From: Nitrososphaerales archaeon
GTDB lineage: Archaea > Thermoproteota > Nitrososphaeria > Nitrososphaerales > JACPRH01
DNA length: 64,000 bases
Assembly: GCA_030745655.1 (NCBI GenBank)
Contig: JASLOE010000002.1
Span: forward strand, 38,761-102,760
Direction of reading: 5' to 3'
Of this stretch, positions 47,046-57,060 are shown piece after piece; positions within the stretch are counted from its first letter, which is position 1; every line of letters starts with the position of its first letter. A program made the position numbers and the translations under genes. The notes below the pieces were generated by a model that was not told the origin of the DNA, searched no databases, and worked only from the letters and a program-made list of their open reading frames with translations.

Positions 47046-47732
47046 ATGAATAGACTTCGGTCAGTTTTCTTGTTTATTGCAGTTCTAATACTTTCTATGC
47101 AGTTAAGTTCTGCAAACATGCATGAATGGGAGTCAAAGCCACAAATAGTTTGGGTAGATAACGCTCAAGGTGAAACTGTCCTAATAATAACATTCGACTT
47201 CTCAGAAAAGTCGGATCCTCCTTCAAATACCCTATACCCAAGTAAGTTTCAGATCCGGACATCACTCAACGGAGTCGATTGGACAGAACTTGACCCCATA
47301 AATATCTCGCCCAGACCCACAACTACTTTCTTTAATGTAACATATAATCTTGGAAGCGAAAGTAAACCACTCCATGTTCAAGCTCGCTTGGAGGAAAATA
47401 TCCCCAATGTTCATGGCGGATGGAGTGAATGGTCTGAAACCTTTACCGTTGTACCAGGTGATACTCCAAATGGAGGCGCTGCTCAAGTAGAGAATACGGT
47501 AACCAAAACTGTCACAACAACATCTACGAGTACTCAGCTTACTACAACTACCGTTACTAGAGTTACCACGAATCTCTTGACAACGACCCTTAGAGAGACC
47601 CTTACAAAGACGACGACATCCACCTTTACGGATGAAGTTCCTATAACCGGATCCTCTGACTTAACTCTGCTTGGTGCAGGAATCGCTATAGCAGGTATCG
47701 CTATTGCCATTGCCCTTACAAGACGGAAGTAA
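47046..47732 (+). CDS. secreted protein with Thr-rich stalk and C-terminal TM anchor
   Basis: A signal peptide after ATG 47046, a beta-rich domain, a T-rich tract at 47496-47630 and a terminal LLGAGIAIAGIAIAIALTRRK. Confidence 0.5.
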   Translation: MNRLRSVFLFIAVLILSMQLSSANMHEWESKPQIVWVDNAQGETVLIITFDFSEKSDPPSNTLYPSKFQIRTSLNGVDWTELDPINISPRPTTTFFNVTYNLGSESKPLHVQARLEENIPNVHGGWSEWSETFTVVPGDTPNGGAAQVENTVTKTVTTTSTSTQLTTTTVTRVTTNLLTTTLRETLTKTTTSTFTDEVPITGSSDLTLLGAGIAIAGIAIAIALTRRK

Positions 47733-47797
47733 CATTATTCCCTAGCCTACATATACACGTCCAACTATATACAAAGTATCATCATATGTAATTGAAC

Positions 47798-48259
47798 TTA
47801 ATTTTTTATAACTTCAATATTTGTCAGTGGGTATTTGCAATGATACTTTGGAACACGTTCTGATTGCATATATCTTTCTTCTATTGTGTTTGCTTTAATA
47901 AAAAATTGTTCCTGAATAGCATAATGACGATTTGACAAAGAAGCCCCTCTGCCCTCTTGATATTCAGCCCGTAAATATACAAACATTTCAATATCAACAA
48001 AATGGTCTTCATACCCAGAATTTGTTAAGGTAAAATAAGCTTCACACTTATCGGAAGATTCAATAATTGTTACATCTGAAATCGATATTGAATTTACTCC
48101 AAATATTGAATTCGATATTATTGGGGCAATGATTATTATGGATGCCACAATGATGATTACTATACCTAAAACACTGAATACAAAACGCTTCTCATCTTTA
48201 TTTTTCTTGACACTATCTGAATTTTCAAGTGGGGGTAATGAAAAAGAATAATGAAACAT
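47798..48259 (-). CDS. hypothetical membrane-anchored protein
   Basis: 153 aa with one TM helix and no family recognised. Confidence 0.4.
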   Translation of the reverse strand: MFHYSFSLPPLENSDSVKKNKDEKRFVFSVLGIVIIIVASIIIIAPIISNSIFGVNSISISDVTIIESSDKCEAYFTLTNSGYEDHFVDIEMFVYLRAEYQEGRGASLSNRHYAIQEQFFIKANTIEERYMQSERVPKYHCKYPLTNIEVIKN

Positions 48260-48412
48260 TCTTTACTTATCACGTTGATTTAGTGGTTTTATTTAACTGT
48301 AAATAATAAGGTTTCTAGCTTCTTTTAATTTTGGAACCATCAGAAGTATTAATATTGCCTAAAGTAAATTCTTCAGGAAATATATCTGAAAATCATCTGT
48401 TTAGATCAACAT

Positions 48413-49117
48413 CTATTCTTTATTCTGAATATTTTCTTTCTTGTTATTCTTCTTATAAAGAATTAATGATCCAACTGCAGTTATGCCTACAATGATTGCA
48501 ACAATTATGGGTATGGTCCAATTAGTAGATGAAGGCAGTAAATCCGAAATATCATTCACTAAGTCATTTGGATCGAGAAATTGTCCAAGATACATTTTAC
48601 TAACTGTTAGATCGGTATCTAAAAGATACATGAACATTCCATGAGAAAATAGTCCTTCTACAGTTTTCTCATATGTTAATCCAAGAGATTCAACTGCATC
48701 CTTAATTTCGTGTTCATCTTGAGATCCAAGAAACTTCCAATTAGAAAGGTCTGCTTTATGAAATAATGCGTAATCTTTCAATATTTCCGGTGTATCTTCA
48801 ATATCAAAAGAAATCGTTACAAACATCACATCATCTTTTAAGGTCTCACCCAACATTTCTTGTGCTTGCCTTATCTTTGTAGTTTGAAGGGGGCATACGT
48901 CTGGACATTTTGTGTACATAAAAGAAATTACTATTACTTTTCCATGAGCACTTTCAAGATTAAATGTATCTCCGTTATGATCTGTTAATTCAATGTTAGG
49001 AATAGCTTCTCCAATCTCAAGAATTTTAACTGGATCTTCTCTTTCATGTGCCAAGATTGGCATTAAGAATATTCCAAATAAGATTAGTATCAAAAAAGAA
49101 TAAATAATCTTTTGCAT
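48413..49117 (-). CDS. SCO1/SenC family copper chaperone / thiol-disulfide oxidoreductase with C-terminal TM anchor
   Basis: It has FMYTKCPDVCP (CxxxC), a downstream His (FSHGMFMYLLD) and a signal peptide. Confidence 0.8.
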   Translation of the reverse strand: MQKIIYSFLILILFGIFLMPILAHEREDPVKILEIGEAIPNIELTDHNGDTFNLESAHGKVIVISFMYTKCPDVCPLQTTKIRQAQEMLGETLKDDVMFVTISFDIEDTPEILKDYALFHKADLSNWKFLGSQDEHEIKDAVESLGLTYEKTVEGLFSHGMFMYLLDTDLTVSKMYLGQFLDPNDLVNDISDLLPSSTNWTIPIIVAIIVGITAVGSLILYKKNNKKENIQNKE

Positions 49118-49362
49118 AATCCAAAATAATCTCCAATTAACTTAGATAATAAAGTTTTTAGTTAGCTCCAACATCCTGGAAACATTTCTCAATAATTCTA
49201 CTGTGAAAGGTTGTTCCAAGAAATTGAGATATCTAAATTGCAACCAGACCTTCCACCAGGATGTAGTGTGGCATTTATCTTCCACAAAGTAAACAAATCA
49301 AAATAGGTCTTTACGATAATGACCCTGTTAACTTAAATAACAAAGTTCCAGCACGGATATGT

Positions 49363-49423
49363 GGCGGGTAAGTGGAGTCACCTCCACCCGTTCCGCCTAA
49401 CAAACCCCGGTGTAGTGAGGTGA
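49363..49423 (+). promoter_or_regulatory. structured GC-rich 5' leader of queT-queC with SD and upstream anti-SD copy
   Basis: An outer helix GGCGG (49363-67) / CCGCC (49393-97) encloses the hairpin GTGGAG-TCAC-CTCCAC (49372-49387). CACCTCC can alternatively pair with the SD GTGAGGTGA (49415-49423), which lies 7 nt before the GTG start at 49431. Confidence 0.4.
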
Positions 49424-49430
49424 AAATTAA

Positions 49431-49904
49431 GTGGAAAAATGGGAAATAGCCTTAGGTTCAACTCTAGCTGCTCTATATATTATTCTTGTAGTGGGACTAG
49501 GTCCACTTAGTTATCTCCAGATTCAGTTCCGTGCAGCCAACATACTTCTAGGTATAATTCCTATAGCAGGCCTTCCTGCAGTCTTCGGAATTACATTAGG
49601 TGTTTTAGTGGGTAACATATCGAGTCCACTTGGACCAATTGATATGCTAAGTGTAATTCCAACATTCTTCGGATGTTTAACAATATATTATTTGAGAAAA
49701 GTAAGTGTTTTAGCTGGACTTACAGTGTACACTGTAATAATATCACTTTGGGTTGCATTCATACTTCAATATGTACTGGGTCTTCCTTACTTGATCACTT
49801 TTCTCTATCTACTTATTGGAGTAGGTGTGGTAACAATAGGTTTAGGCTACATACTTTATAAAACACTCCTCAAATTTGGAGGCGAGAAACTATGGCATCG
49901 ATAG
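49431..49904 (+). CDS. queT: queuosine/archaeosine precursor transporter QueT-like membrane protein
   Basis: 157 aa with 5 TM helices. LQIQFRAANILLG...GNISSPLGPIDMLSVIPTF resembles the QueT (DUF988) pattern. It overlaps queC by 13 nt. Confidence 0.6.
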   Translation: MEKWEIALGSTLAALYIILVVGLGPLSYLQIQFRAANILLGIIPIAGLPAVFGITLGVLVGNISSPLGPIDMLSVIPTFFGCLTIYYLRKVSVLAGLTVYTVIISLWVAFILQYVLGLPYLITFLYLLIGVGVVTIGLGYILYKTLLKFGGEKLWHR

Positions 49905-50548
49905 AGAAAATTGTTTTAGTTTTATCTGGAGGAGCGGACAGTAGCACATTAGCATACTTGACCAAGTCTCAAGGACACGACATTTATCCAATCAGTTTCA
50001 ACTACGGTCAGATTGCAAGCAAAGAAACCAATAGTGCAGAAATAATCGCTAAAAATTTAGGGACAACAGCAAAAGTGATAGATGTATCCACTCTAAAACA
50101 GATATTTGGAGGGTCAACTGTCCTTATGGACAAAAGCATGGCTATGCCAGCCCAATTCGAAAGCAAAGTAATTGTCCCATTCAGAAATGCCATCTTTCTA
50201 TCAATAGCCGTAGCATACGCAATCACAATTGGAGCAAAAAAAATAATTTATGGTGCTCACAAATCTGATTCACCATTCTACCCAGACTGCAGAAAAGAGT
50301 TTGTTGATGCATTTCAGGACGCAGCAAAACTCGGAACAGATGAAGATATTACAATTGAGAACCCATTCTATAACTTCTCAAAGGCAGATATAATTCGAAA
50401 AGGTACGACTCTAAAAGTACCATATGAAATTACATGGAGTTGCTACTTAGAAGAAGAGCAGCACTGTGGAGCATGTGAATCGTGCAACAACAGAAAGAAT
50501 GCATTCAAAGAAGCGCAAATATCTGACCCAACTAAATATTCAACTTAA
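49892..50548 (+). CDS. queC: 7-cyano-7-deazaguanine (preQ0) synthase
   Basis: It has the PP-loop LVLSGGADSS and the C-terminal zinc site SCY...HCGACESCNNRKNAF. Confidence 0.9.
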   Translation: MASIEKIVLVLSGGADSSTLAYLTKSQGHDIYPISFNYGQIASKETNSAEIIAKNLGTTAKVIDVSTLKQIFGGSTVLMDKSMAMPAQFESKVIVPFRNAIFLSIAVAYAITIGAKKIIYGAHKSDSPFYPDCRKEFVDAFQDAAKLGTDEDITIENPFYNFSKADIIRKGTTLKVPYEITWSCYLEEEQHCGACESCNNRKNAFKEAQISDPTKYST

Positions 50549-50675
50549 TCTACACTTATTCTTACTTTGAGGCGTAAAAACCAGTAGAAAACAACCGCGC
50601 ACCATACGTATTACAGAAAAACTTTGGTGAAGAAAGGCTTAATTATAAAGCAATTATTCTAAGAATCATATAAGA

Positions 50676-50867
50676 ATGCCTCGCAAGAGTACGAAAACTC
50701 CAATGCAAACTAAAACTTCTGATATAGACAATACCCTTAAACAAAAACAAGATCGAAGAATCGAATTAAGAAAAAAAATTCAACATCTTGAAGAGCTTGA
50801 AACTGAATCTCAATGTGACGATTGCTTAATCCTTGGTTCATGTCCTTTCCATGAAAACATCAAATAG
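50676..50867 (+). CDS. small basic coiled-coil protein with C-terminal Cys3-His knuckle
   Basis: 63 aa. The C-terminus is CDDCLILGSCPFH. Confidence 0.4.
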   Translation: MPRKSTKTPMQTKTSDIDNTLKQKQDRRIELRKKIQHLEELETESQCDDCLILGSCPFHENIK

Positions 50868-51068
50868 AACCCACATATACTGAGTATCGAAAATTAATGG
50901 CCTAGAAATCCATTTTTATTTAACAAATTATCGTTAGCACTAATAAACAAAAAGAAATACTTGAATCTTCAAGAAGACATTCAAGAGCATTGTTCATCAA
51001 GAATCAATTTCTATATGCTGCAGTGGAAAACGGTTTAAATAATCGACCAAATAATCTCAAAGATAAGT

Positions 51069-51770
51069 TTGTCATCAAGTAAACGTTCTAATATTTTTAA
51101 TCGTTCAACATTAACACAGTTTTCTCTGGTGATATTGATAGTGATAATTGTAGGATTGATACTTTTCAGCTACCCTGATCCGTATGCACCACTTCGTCCT
51201 CAGGAACAATACAGTCTTTTTGCCAGAACGGTACTTGTTACAGACGCAGACGGTTTAGGAAATAATGTTACATATCTAGTTGGTGGGGTAGAAATAAAAA
51301 TGGATCTTGTAACATCAAGTGGTCTACGTTACGCATTAAGCATAGAAACGAACTCATCTGGTGTAGCTGTAATCAACATAACTTCCGGTTACTACCGAAT
51401 ATCAGTTTCTGATTGGTGGAGTGGATATATATTGTTAAATAAACAAACTACCATAAATATCACAAAACATGATTTTACACAACAACCTTCATCCTTGGAT
51501 ATCTTTTCATTATCTAGAAACTGGACAATCTCTGCAGGTGCTATACTTGAAGCATCATACGAGAATAAAGCAGGAATTCCAATTGAAATAGATTCTGTAA
51601 TTATCGCCAATGAAAAGATTTTCAGACCACGTCAAGGGGTCGAACCAGCATCTGAGTGGCGAGGTACATACACAGTCCCAAACAATGTATCTGTCCCATG
51701 GTCTGCAGCTAACAAATCTCTGATGGTAACCCTAAAGATATCATACACTGAGGTGAGCATTCATCATTGA
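51069..51770 (+). CDS. membrane-anchored extracellular protein (first gene of the MoxR cluster)
   Basis: 233 aa with an N-terminal TM helix and a beta-rich body. The start is TTG. Confidence 0.45.
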   Translation: MSSSKRSNIFNRSTLTQFSLVILIVIIVGLILFSYPDPYAPLRPQEQYSLFARTVLVTDADGLGNNVTYLVGGVEIKMDLVTSSGLRYALSIETNSSGVAVINITSGYYRISVSDWWSGYILLNKQTTINITKHDFTQQPSSLDIFSLSRNWTISAGAILEASYENKAGIPIEIDSVIIANEKIFRPRQGVEPASEWRGTYTVPNNVSVPWSAANKSLMVTLKISYTEVSIHH

Positions 51771-52179
51771 TCTATTCGGTCTAACAACACTACTGAAACC
51801 ATACCTTCCAATCCTAGTCTTCATCATATCTACAATATTAGTGACAGAAATTATTCTACTTAAAACCGATATTTTTAGCAGAAGCTGGCATGGTTCCCAA
51901 GTAGGTTGGAAATCTAAACAGAATAAGAAAGTTAATCGAACTTTGGGATGGATCATATTGATCTATAAGTCCCTCGGTTTCACCTTCAAACCCTCTAGTA
52001 CTATTCGGGAAGTCATAAATGATATCATACCCAATATCCCAAGCCAGAGTGAAAACCTCAATTTTATCTTACATTCTCTAGAAGATCACATCTACGGAGG
52101 TTCAAAAATAGAGCACGATGACTTTATTTATCACAAAAAATGGGTTATGTTTGCAAAGGAACATACTAAATCAAGATAA
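51754..52179 (+). CDS. DUF4129-like protein
   Basis: The C-terminal ...PSSTIREVINDIIPNIPSQSENLNFILHSLEDHIYGGSKIEHDDF... matches the T.rE....l......L..l....e...YGg layout of DUF4129. The track ORF starts at GTG 51841. An upstream in-frame GTG 51754 would add the expected TM helix (LPILVFIISTILVTEIILL). Confidence 0.5.
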
Positions 52180-52195
52180 GGAATATTTTCACCAA

Positions 52196-53182
52196 ATGAC
52201 AAAAATAAAAAAAATTGAAGATATACAAACGCTATCTGAAGATATAAAGACTGAAATTCGTCGATTTGTAGTTGGATATGAAGATATATCTAATGACCTT
52301 ATAATTACGCTTCTTTGTGGAGGACACGTTCTCTTAGAAGGAATCCCGGGTATAGCTAAAACATATCTTGCAAAGGCCTTTTCAGGATCCTTAAGCCTAT
52401 CTATGAAACGAATTCAAGCTACACCAGACCTTATGCCAGCCGATATAGTCGGGACCAGAATCTATAATCCAAAAACCCTGGAATTCGAATTTAGACATGG
52501 TCCAATATTCTCAAATTTAGCAGTCGTAGACGAAATAAGTAGAGCCCCACCAAAAACTCAATCAGCTCTTCTTGAAGCAATGCAAGAAAGACAAGTTACA
52601 GTAGATGGTTTCACCTTAAATCTAAAAGAACCATTTATGGTAATCGCCACAAAGAACCCAATAGAATTTGAGGGAACTTTCCCTCTACCAGAAGCACAAC
52701 TCGACAGATTTCTCATGAGACCCCTAATGACCTATCCTGGAAAGAAGGAGGAAGTCGAGATTCTTAGTATGAAAAATATTAAGGGTGATGTGATGGATGT
52801 AAAACCTGCTGCAGAAGCTTCTGCGATACTTTCTGCTCAAAAACTAATGCATAAAGATGTACAGGTTAGTGATGGAATCCTAGACTACATCGCCGAAATA
52901 GTCCGTAACACAAGAAAGCATCCAAAAGTTATGCTTGGTGGCAGCCCTCGAGGCTCGGTAGCACTACTTTATGCGGCGAAAGGATATGCAATAATCACTG
53001 AAGGACGGTCTTTTGTTGTTCCAGATGACGTGAAAGCTGTAGCCTTTAATGTGCTCAATCACAGATTGATAGTCAGACCGAATATCCTCATCGAATCGCC
53101 AGAAGTTAAGGAAGATTGGAGTTACAAAATTCTTCAAGAAATTATTCATGAGGCGATCGAGCAAGCAGTAGTTCCAGTATGA
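52196..53182 (+). CDS. moxR: MoxR-family AAA+ ATPase
   Basis: It has HVLLEGIPGIAKT (Walker A) and VVDEISRAPPKTQSALLEAMQERQVT (Walker B / MoxR signature). ATG 52196 gives a typical 328 aa. Confidence 0.9.
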   Translation: MTKIKKIEDIQTLSEDIKTEIRRFVVGYEDISNDLIITLLCGGHVLLEGIPGIAKTYLAKAFSGSLSLSMKRIQATPDLMPADIVGTRIYNPKTLEFEFRHGPIFSNLAVVDEISRAPPKTQSALLEAMQERQVTVDGFTLNLKEPFMVIATKNPIEFEGTFPLPEAQLDRFLMRPLMTYPGKKEEVEILSMKNIKGDVMDVKPAAEASAILSAQKLMHKDVQVSDGILDYIAEIVRNTRKHPKVMLGGSPRGSVALLYAAKGYAIITEGRSFVVPDDVKAVAFNVLNHRLIVRPNILIESPEVKEDWSYKILQEIIHEAIEQAVVPV

Positions 53183-53189
53183 TTAGAAG

Positions 53190-54413
53190 TTGAAAAAACA
53201 TCTAAACATCTTGCTAAGTCTAATATTATTGTTACTAGTTTCAAGCTTCACTCTTTTACCTGAAATCACATTGGCCGTTCTTGCTGTTTACCTTGCGATA
53301 GTTCTGGATATTTTGATCTTCAGATTTACCGGGTCATTAAGACGATTCACAGTCCATCGCAAAGTTGGAAAACACCAGTTGATGGTGGGTGAAAATGTTT
53401 CAGTATCCCTCCAAGTGAAATATGAAGGTTCTTTCCCGATTATAGGTTCTCTAGGTTTTGGATGCAAAAGCCTAGGGCTCAACTTTGGTACAGGACTGAT
53501 GACCTTCAAATCCTCTGAAGAAAACATTCATCGTTATTCTTTTACAGCTAAACGAAGAGGGGCACACATTATTTCGCCAACTGAGCTCAATATTAAAGAT
53601 TGGCTGATGTTATCTGACCAAAAAGTCAATACAACAAGTCAAGATGATATCCTAGTTTTACCTAAAATTTACCCAATACGTTCCAATGTTTTAGGAACAT
53701 CAGGAGCACGTGTTAGAGGATTAACCACCTCAGGGAATGAGGGACGGAGTAGCGAGATATGGGGTATGCGTGAATATCAGCCATGGGACGAATATAAAAT
53801 GATATCTTGGAAGTCTATGGCTAAACATCCAGATCAAACTCCTATGACTAAGATCACCGTGGGAGAGGTTGGGTCACCTGTTACGGTTATCGTCGACGTA
53901 GGGGCTGATATGAGCACTCTCAACGGTGAATTCGAGAATCTAGACGTTGCTGCAGACTTAGCTGCATCAATTTGTTACAGTCTGATAAATGATGGTACTA
54001 AAACAGGATTAATATTTTACGATAATAGATTCTCAAAAGTTATTAAACCCGATAAAAACACAAACCACCTAATATCAATCCTCCACCATCTTGCTCTGGT
54101 AAAATCTTCGAAGAGAAACTTCAACATGACAAACCTTGTAAAAGAGAATCTTCCAACAGATTTTGGGAAGACTTTCGTATTGATACTTGGACGAATCGAA
54201 GGTATGACAGACATATTCGCCAACGCACTTTCTAAGTTGAAACAACACCACCAAATAATCATTATAATGATTCATAATGAAGACTCTAAATCTTACATCG
54301 AAAAACTTCAACTTACATCTAAACAAATAGGTGTCCCCACTTTTCTAGCCACATCCACAACAATTCCTGAAACCTTACTTACATTGGAGAAGACAGTTGT
54401 TGCCACAATTTAG
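53190..54413 (+). CDS. DUF58 domain protein (MoxR partner, vWA-like)
   Basis: Two N-terminal TM helices and the signature GMREYQPWDEYKMISWKSMAK. It lies immediately downstream of moxR. Confidence 0.8.
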   Translation: MKKHLNILLSLILLLLVSSFTLLPEITLAVLAVYLAIVLDILIFRFTGSLRRFTVHRKVGKHQLMVGENVSVSLQVKYEGSFPIIGSLGFGCKSLGLNFGTGLMTFKSSEENIHRYSFTAKRRGAHIISPTELNIKDWLMLSDQKVNTTSQDDILVLPKIYPIRSNVLGTSGARVRGLTTSGNEGRSSEIWGMREYQPWDEYKMISWKSMAKHPDQTPMTKITVGEVGSPVTVIVDVGADMSTLNGEFENLDVAADLAASICYSLINDGTKTGLIFYDNRFSKVIKPDKNTNHLISILHHLALVKSSKRNFNMTNLVKENLPTDFGKTFVLILGRIEGMTDIFANALSKLKQHHQIIIIMIHNEDSKSYIEKLQLTSKQIGVPTFLATSTTIPETLLTLEKTVVATI

Positions 54414-55260
54414 TAATCCCAGAGAATTTCTTCCAGTCATCGCAATAATACCTATAATGCTTATCGTTTCCAATCAGACTGTTGCAACAAGTCTACTTAA
54501 CACAGCGGAAACTATATCCTTCCAAATCTGGTTAACACTAATCGGCTCATATCTTATAATACGAAAAGGTAACTACATAACAAAGATAAAGTGGGTTTTA
54601 ATCCAAGTAGTACTTGAAATATCGCTTCTAGGGATGCCTTTTGCATACCCAATCTACCTAATAGCAACAGAAGCTAATCCAATCGAGTTCGAAGGAGTTT
54701 TCCTAGCTTACATTACTTTTGCTCTTCTCACATCGATTTACATGCTCTTCACTCGAAAAAATCTAGGTGGGGTAGGAAAAATAGGTGCTTTTCTCTTTGC
54801 ATACATATTCGCGTTGATGATTTATGCAGGTGCTGTAGCAGGTCAACAGATCGGTGTACCCTTCCTTGTTACCGTTGCCATTGACCAACTTTTCAGAGTG
54901 GCCATAATAACAGGTTACCCAGCATATGTTGTTTTACCTCCAGCAGAAATCTATATCAGAGCATCTATGACTCTAGCGATTCCTGTGATGATATTTCTGT
55001 CACTGTCATCAGAATTATCGAAATCAAATGCAGAAGAAACAGCACAAAAAAGTGGTGTAAACCTTATCTCAGATCTTAGACCAGCTATACTTCTTCTCAC
55101 ATTTGCAGCAGTATTAGCCTTGGCTCTAACTTTACCTCTATCTCTCTGGCTTGTTACATCGAATAGACAGCTAATCACGATAATACCTGCATTGAGTATC
55201 GCAGCAATAGTTATGCTGGTCATTCTTATCTCGGAGGGAAGAGAAAATAAAATCCGTTAA
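54397..55260 (+). CDS. polytopic membrane protein of the MoxR cluster
   Basis: 287 aa with about 8 hydrophobic helices. It overlaps the DUF58 gene by 17 nt. Confidence 0.5.
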   Translation: MLPQFSNPREFLPVIAIIPIMLIVSNQTVATSLLNTAETISFQIWLTLIGSYLIIRKGNYITKIKWVLIQVVLEISLLGMPFAYPIYLIATEANPIEFEGVFLAYITFALLTSIYMLFTRKNLGGVGKIGAFLFAYIFALMIYAGAVAGQQIGVPFLVTVAIDQLFRVAIITGYPAYVVLPPAEIYIRASMTLAIPVMIFLSLSSELSKSNAEETAQKSGVNLISDLRPAILLLTFAAVLALALTLPLSLWLVTSNRQLITIIPALSIAAIVMLVILISEGRENKIR

Positions 55261-55273
55261 CATCATTCTTCTG

Positions 55274-56977
55274 ATGCTTTCGTTAACCATCATTTTACCT
55301 CTCTTGAATGCACAAATAGACCAACCTATAGCGGAAAAGACAGTGGATGTACTTGGTCTTATAGGATTTAAACAAGGAGAAGAGATGATACCTATTAATG
55401 GAACATCAATACCACTAAATATTAACGATACAGTCTGGCTATTAGCATTAAGCGACTTATCATTGGAATATGGCCCAATGGATAGAAACGTAATGAATAA
55501 TGTACAAGTCTCTGCAGGAAAAGAGATATCTCTTAGACCAGAGGTGATAAAATGCTGCGATACCGCTGTAAAATATCGACTAAAAATTACATCCCAATCA
55601 ATATTTCATTTTGGAAGCTTCGAGGAAGCCAGCTTACTATACGTCGGCAACGATGAATCTCGTACCGTAACTCCTTCTTTATCGTTAGGACCAGATTCGG
55701 TTCGGATAAAACTAGATGGTTTATCGCAGGGGTCTTCAACCCAATTAGCTTTACTGAAACCTGGAACAGAGCAAAATAATGCGTCTGGACGATACGGTGC
55801 AATTCAATACCGAAGTGTAGTCAAACCGCAATCCACGTTACAAATACTATATGATCCGAACATAATTGGAGGTGGGATTGAACCAACAGTACACTTTATG
55901 TTGATAAGCTCAAGGACGTTTATGAGTGAAACTATTGATTCTGAGAACATAATGAGAATGTATAAAGATGGTATAGTTGCTTCAACCAAGGTGAAGGTCA
56001 ATAGGACCGCTAACGTTACTATACCGGTTAATATCGATCTCTCATTATTGGGTGAACCAGGGACTGGAGGAGATACTCCACTTCAATTTGGTTTACATTT
56101 TCTATACATCCATATTGAAGGCGAAAAAATGTTTCCGAGAGAACAAGGCGAAAATATGGAGGCTGATAATGTTGCTGGTATTTATCTAGGAGTTGGTGGA
56201 GGTGATACCATCACAACTGGAGTGTTCCTCCCAATATATGTCCTGAAAAACGATGGATATACTCTGATTGATCAAACACAGTCTTCTGAAGGTGTGATAA
56301 CTCTCTCTTTGTCAAAAGTAATTCAGAATAAGATAATTGCAGTAGCTACCCCAATAATAAATGGAGTTACATCATCACTCTATTCATCTGAATTGATGAT
56401 ACAAATGACAGAAATAGCATTTTACGACGGAGATCAACTGGTCAGTAATTATGAGCTTACTTTTGAACCCAATCTACAGTCAACTCAACTCGGGGGAGTA
56501 ACTTATGTATTGGGAGAAACTTTAGGTGGCACAACACTTCTCACCCAAGTAAAAGTATTCAATTTCACGTTACCCAACTTTGAAGTAAATGGAGAAGGCC
56601 GTAATGAAATAGGTTTCTCAGAAATTCTCAATTTAACCTCCAAACTTAATCAAGTTAAAGTGTCCACCATAAACGACCTTGGAGAACCCTTGTCAAATGG
56701 ATGGGTAACCGTTGAAAAAGGACGTGAACAATATAGATACTCAGCGGGTCCATCTAAAACATTAAGAATCCCATCTGGAACTTACACTATCAAACTTATT
56801 GTAGGGGAAAACATTGAAGAAGAGAAAACCATTACAATTGACTCTTATCAAACAATAACTTTGACTGCAAACACTATTCAGACATTAGACTTAATCCTTC
56901 TTGCTATAATATTGATCGAAATACCTGCAGTAGCTATACTTGGAATAATGATTATCAGAAGTAATAATTACCCATAG
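55274..56977 (+). CDS. large extracellular protein with C-terminal CarboxypepD_reg-like domain and TM anchor
   Basis: 567 aa with a signal-like N-terminus. GWVTVEKGREQYRYSAGPSKTLRIPSGTYTIKLIVGE is present, followed by a terminal hydrophobic helix. Confidence 0.5.
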   Translation: MLSLTIILPLLNAQIDQPIAEKTVDVLGLIGFKQGEEMIPINGTSIPLNINDTVWLLALSDLSLEYGPMDRNVMNNVQVSAGKEISLRPEVIKCCDTAVKYRLKITSQSIFHFGSFEEASLLYVGNDESRTVTPSLSLGPDSVRIKLDGLSQGSSTQLALLKPGTEQNNASGRYGAIQYRSVVKPQSTLQILYDPNIIGGGIEPTVHFMLISSRTFMSETIDSENIMRMYKDGIVASTKVKVNRTANVTIPVNIDLSLLGEPGTGGDTPLQFGLHFLYIHIEGEKMFPREQGENMEADNVAGIYLGVGGGDTITTGVFLPIYVLKNDGYTLIDQTQSSEGVITLSLSKVIQNKIIAVATPIINGVTSSLYSSELMIQMTEIAFYDGDQLVSNYELTFEPNLQSTQLGGVTYVLGETLGGTTLLTQVKVFNFTLPNFEVNGEGRNEIGFSEILNLTSKLNQVKVSTINDLGEPLSNGWVTVEKGREQYRYSAGPSKTLRIPSGTYTIKLIVGENIEEEKTITIDSYQTITLTANTIQTLDLILLAIILIEIPAVAILGIMIIRSNNYP

Positions 56978-57060
56978 ATATTTTCAGTATGATGTTTATT
57001 TTTCAAGACCAAATTTTATCCGATTTTGGATAATGAAGATTATCCGTAATAATTGAAAAA

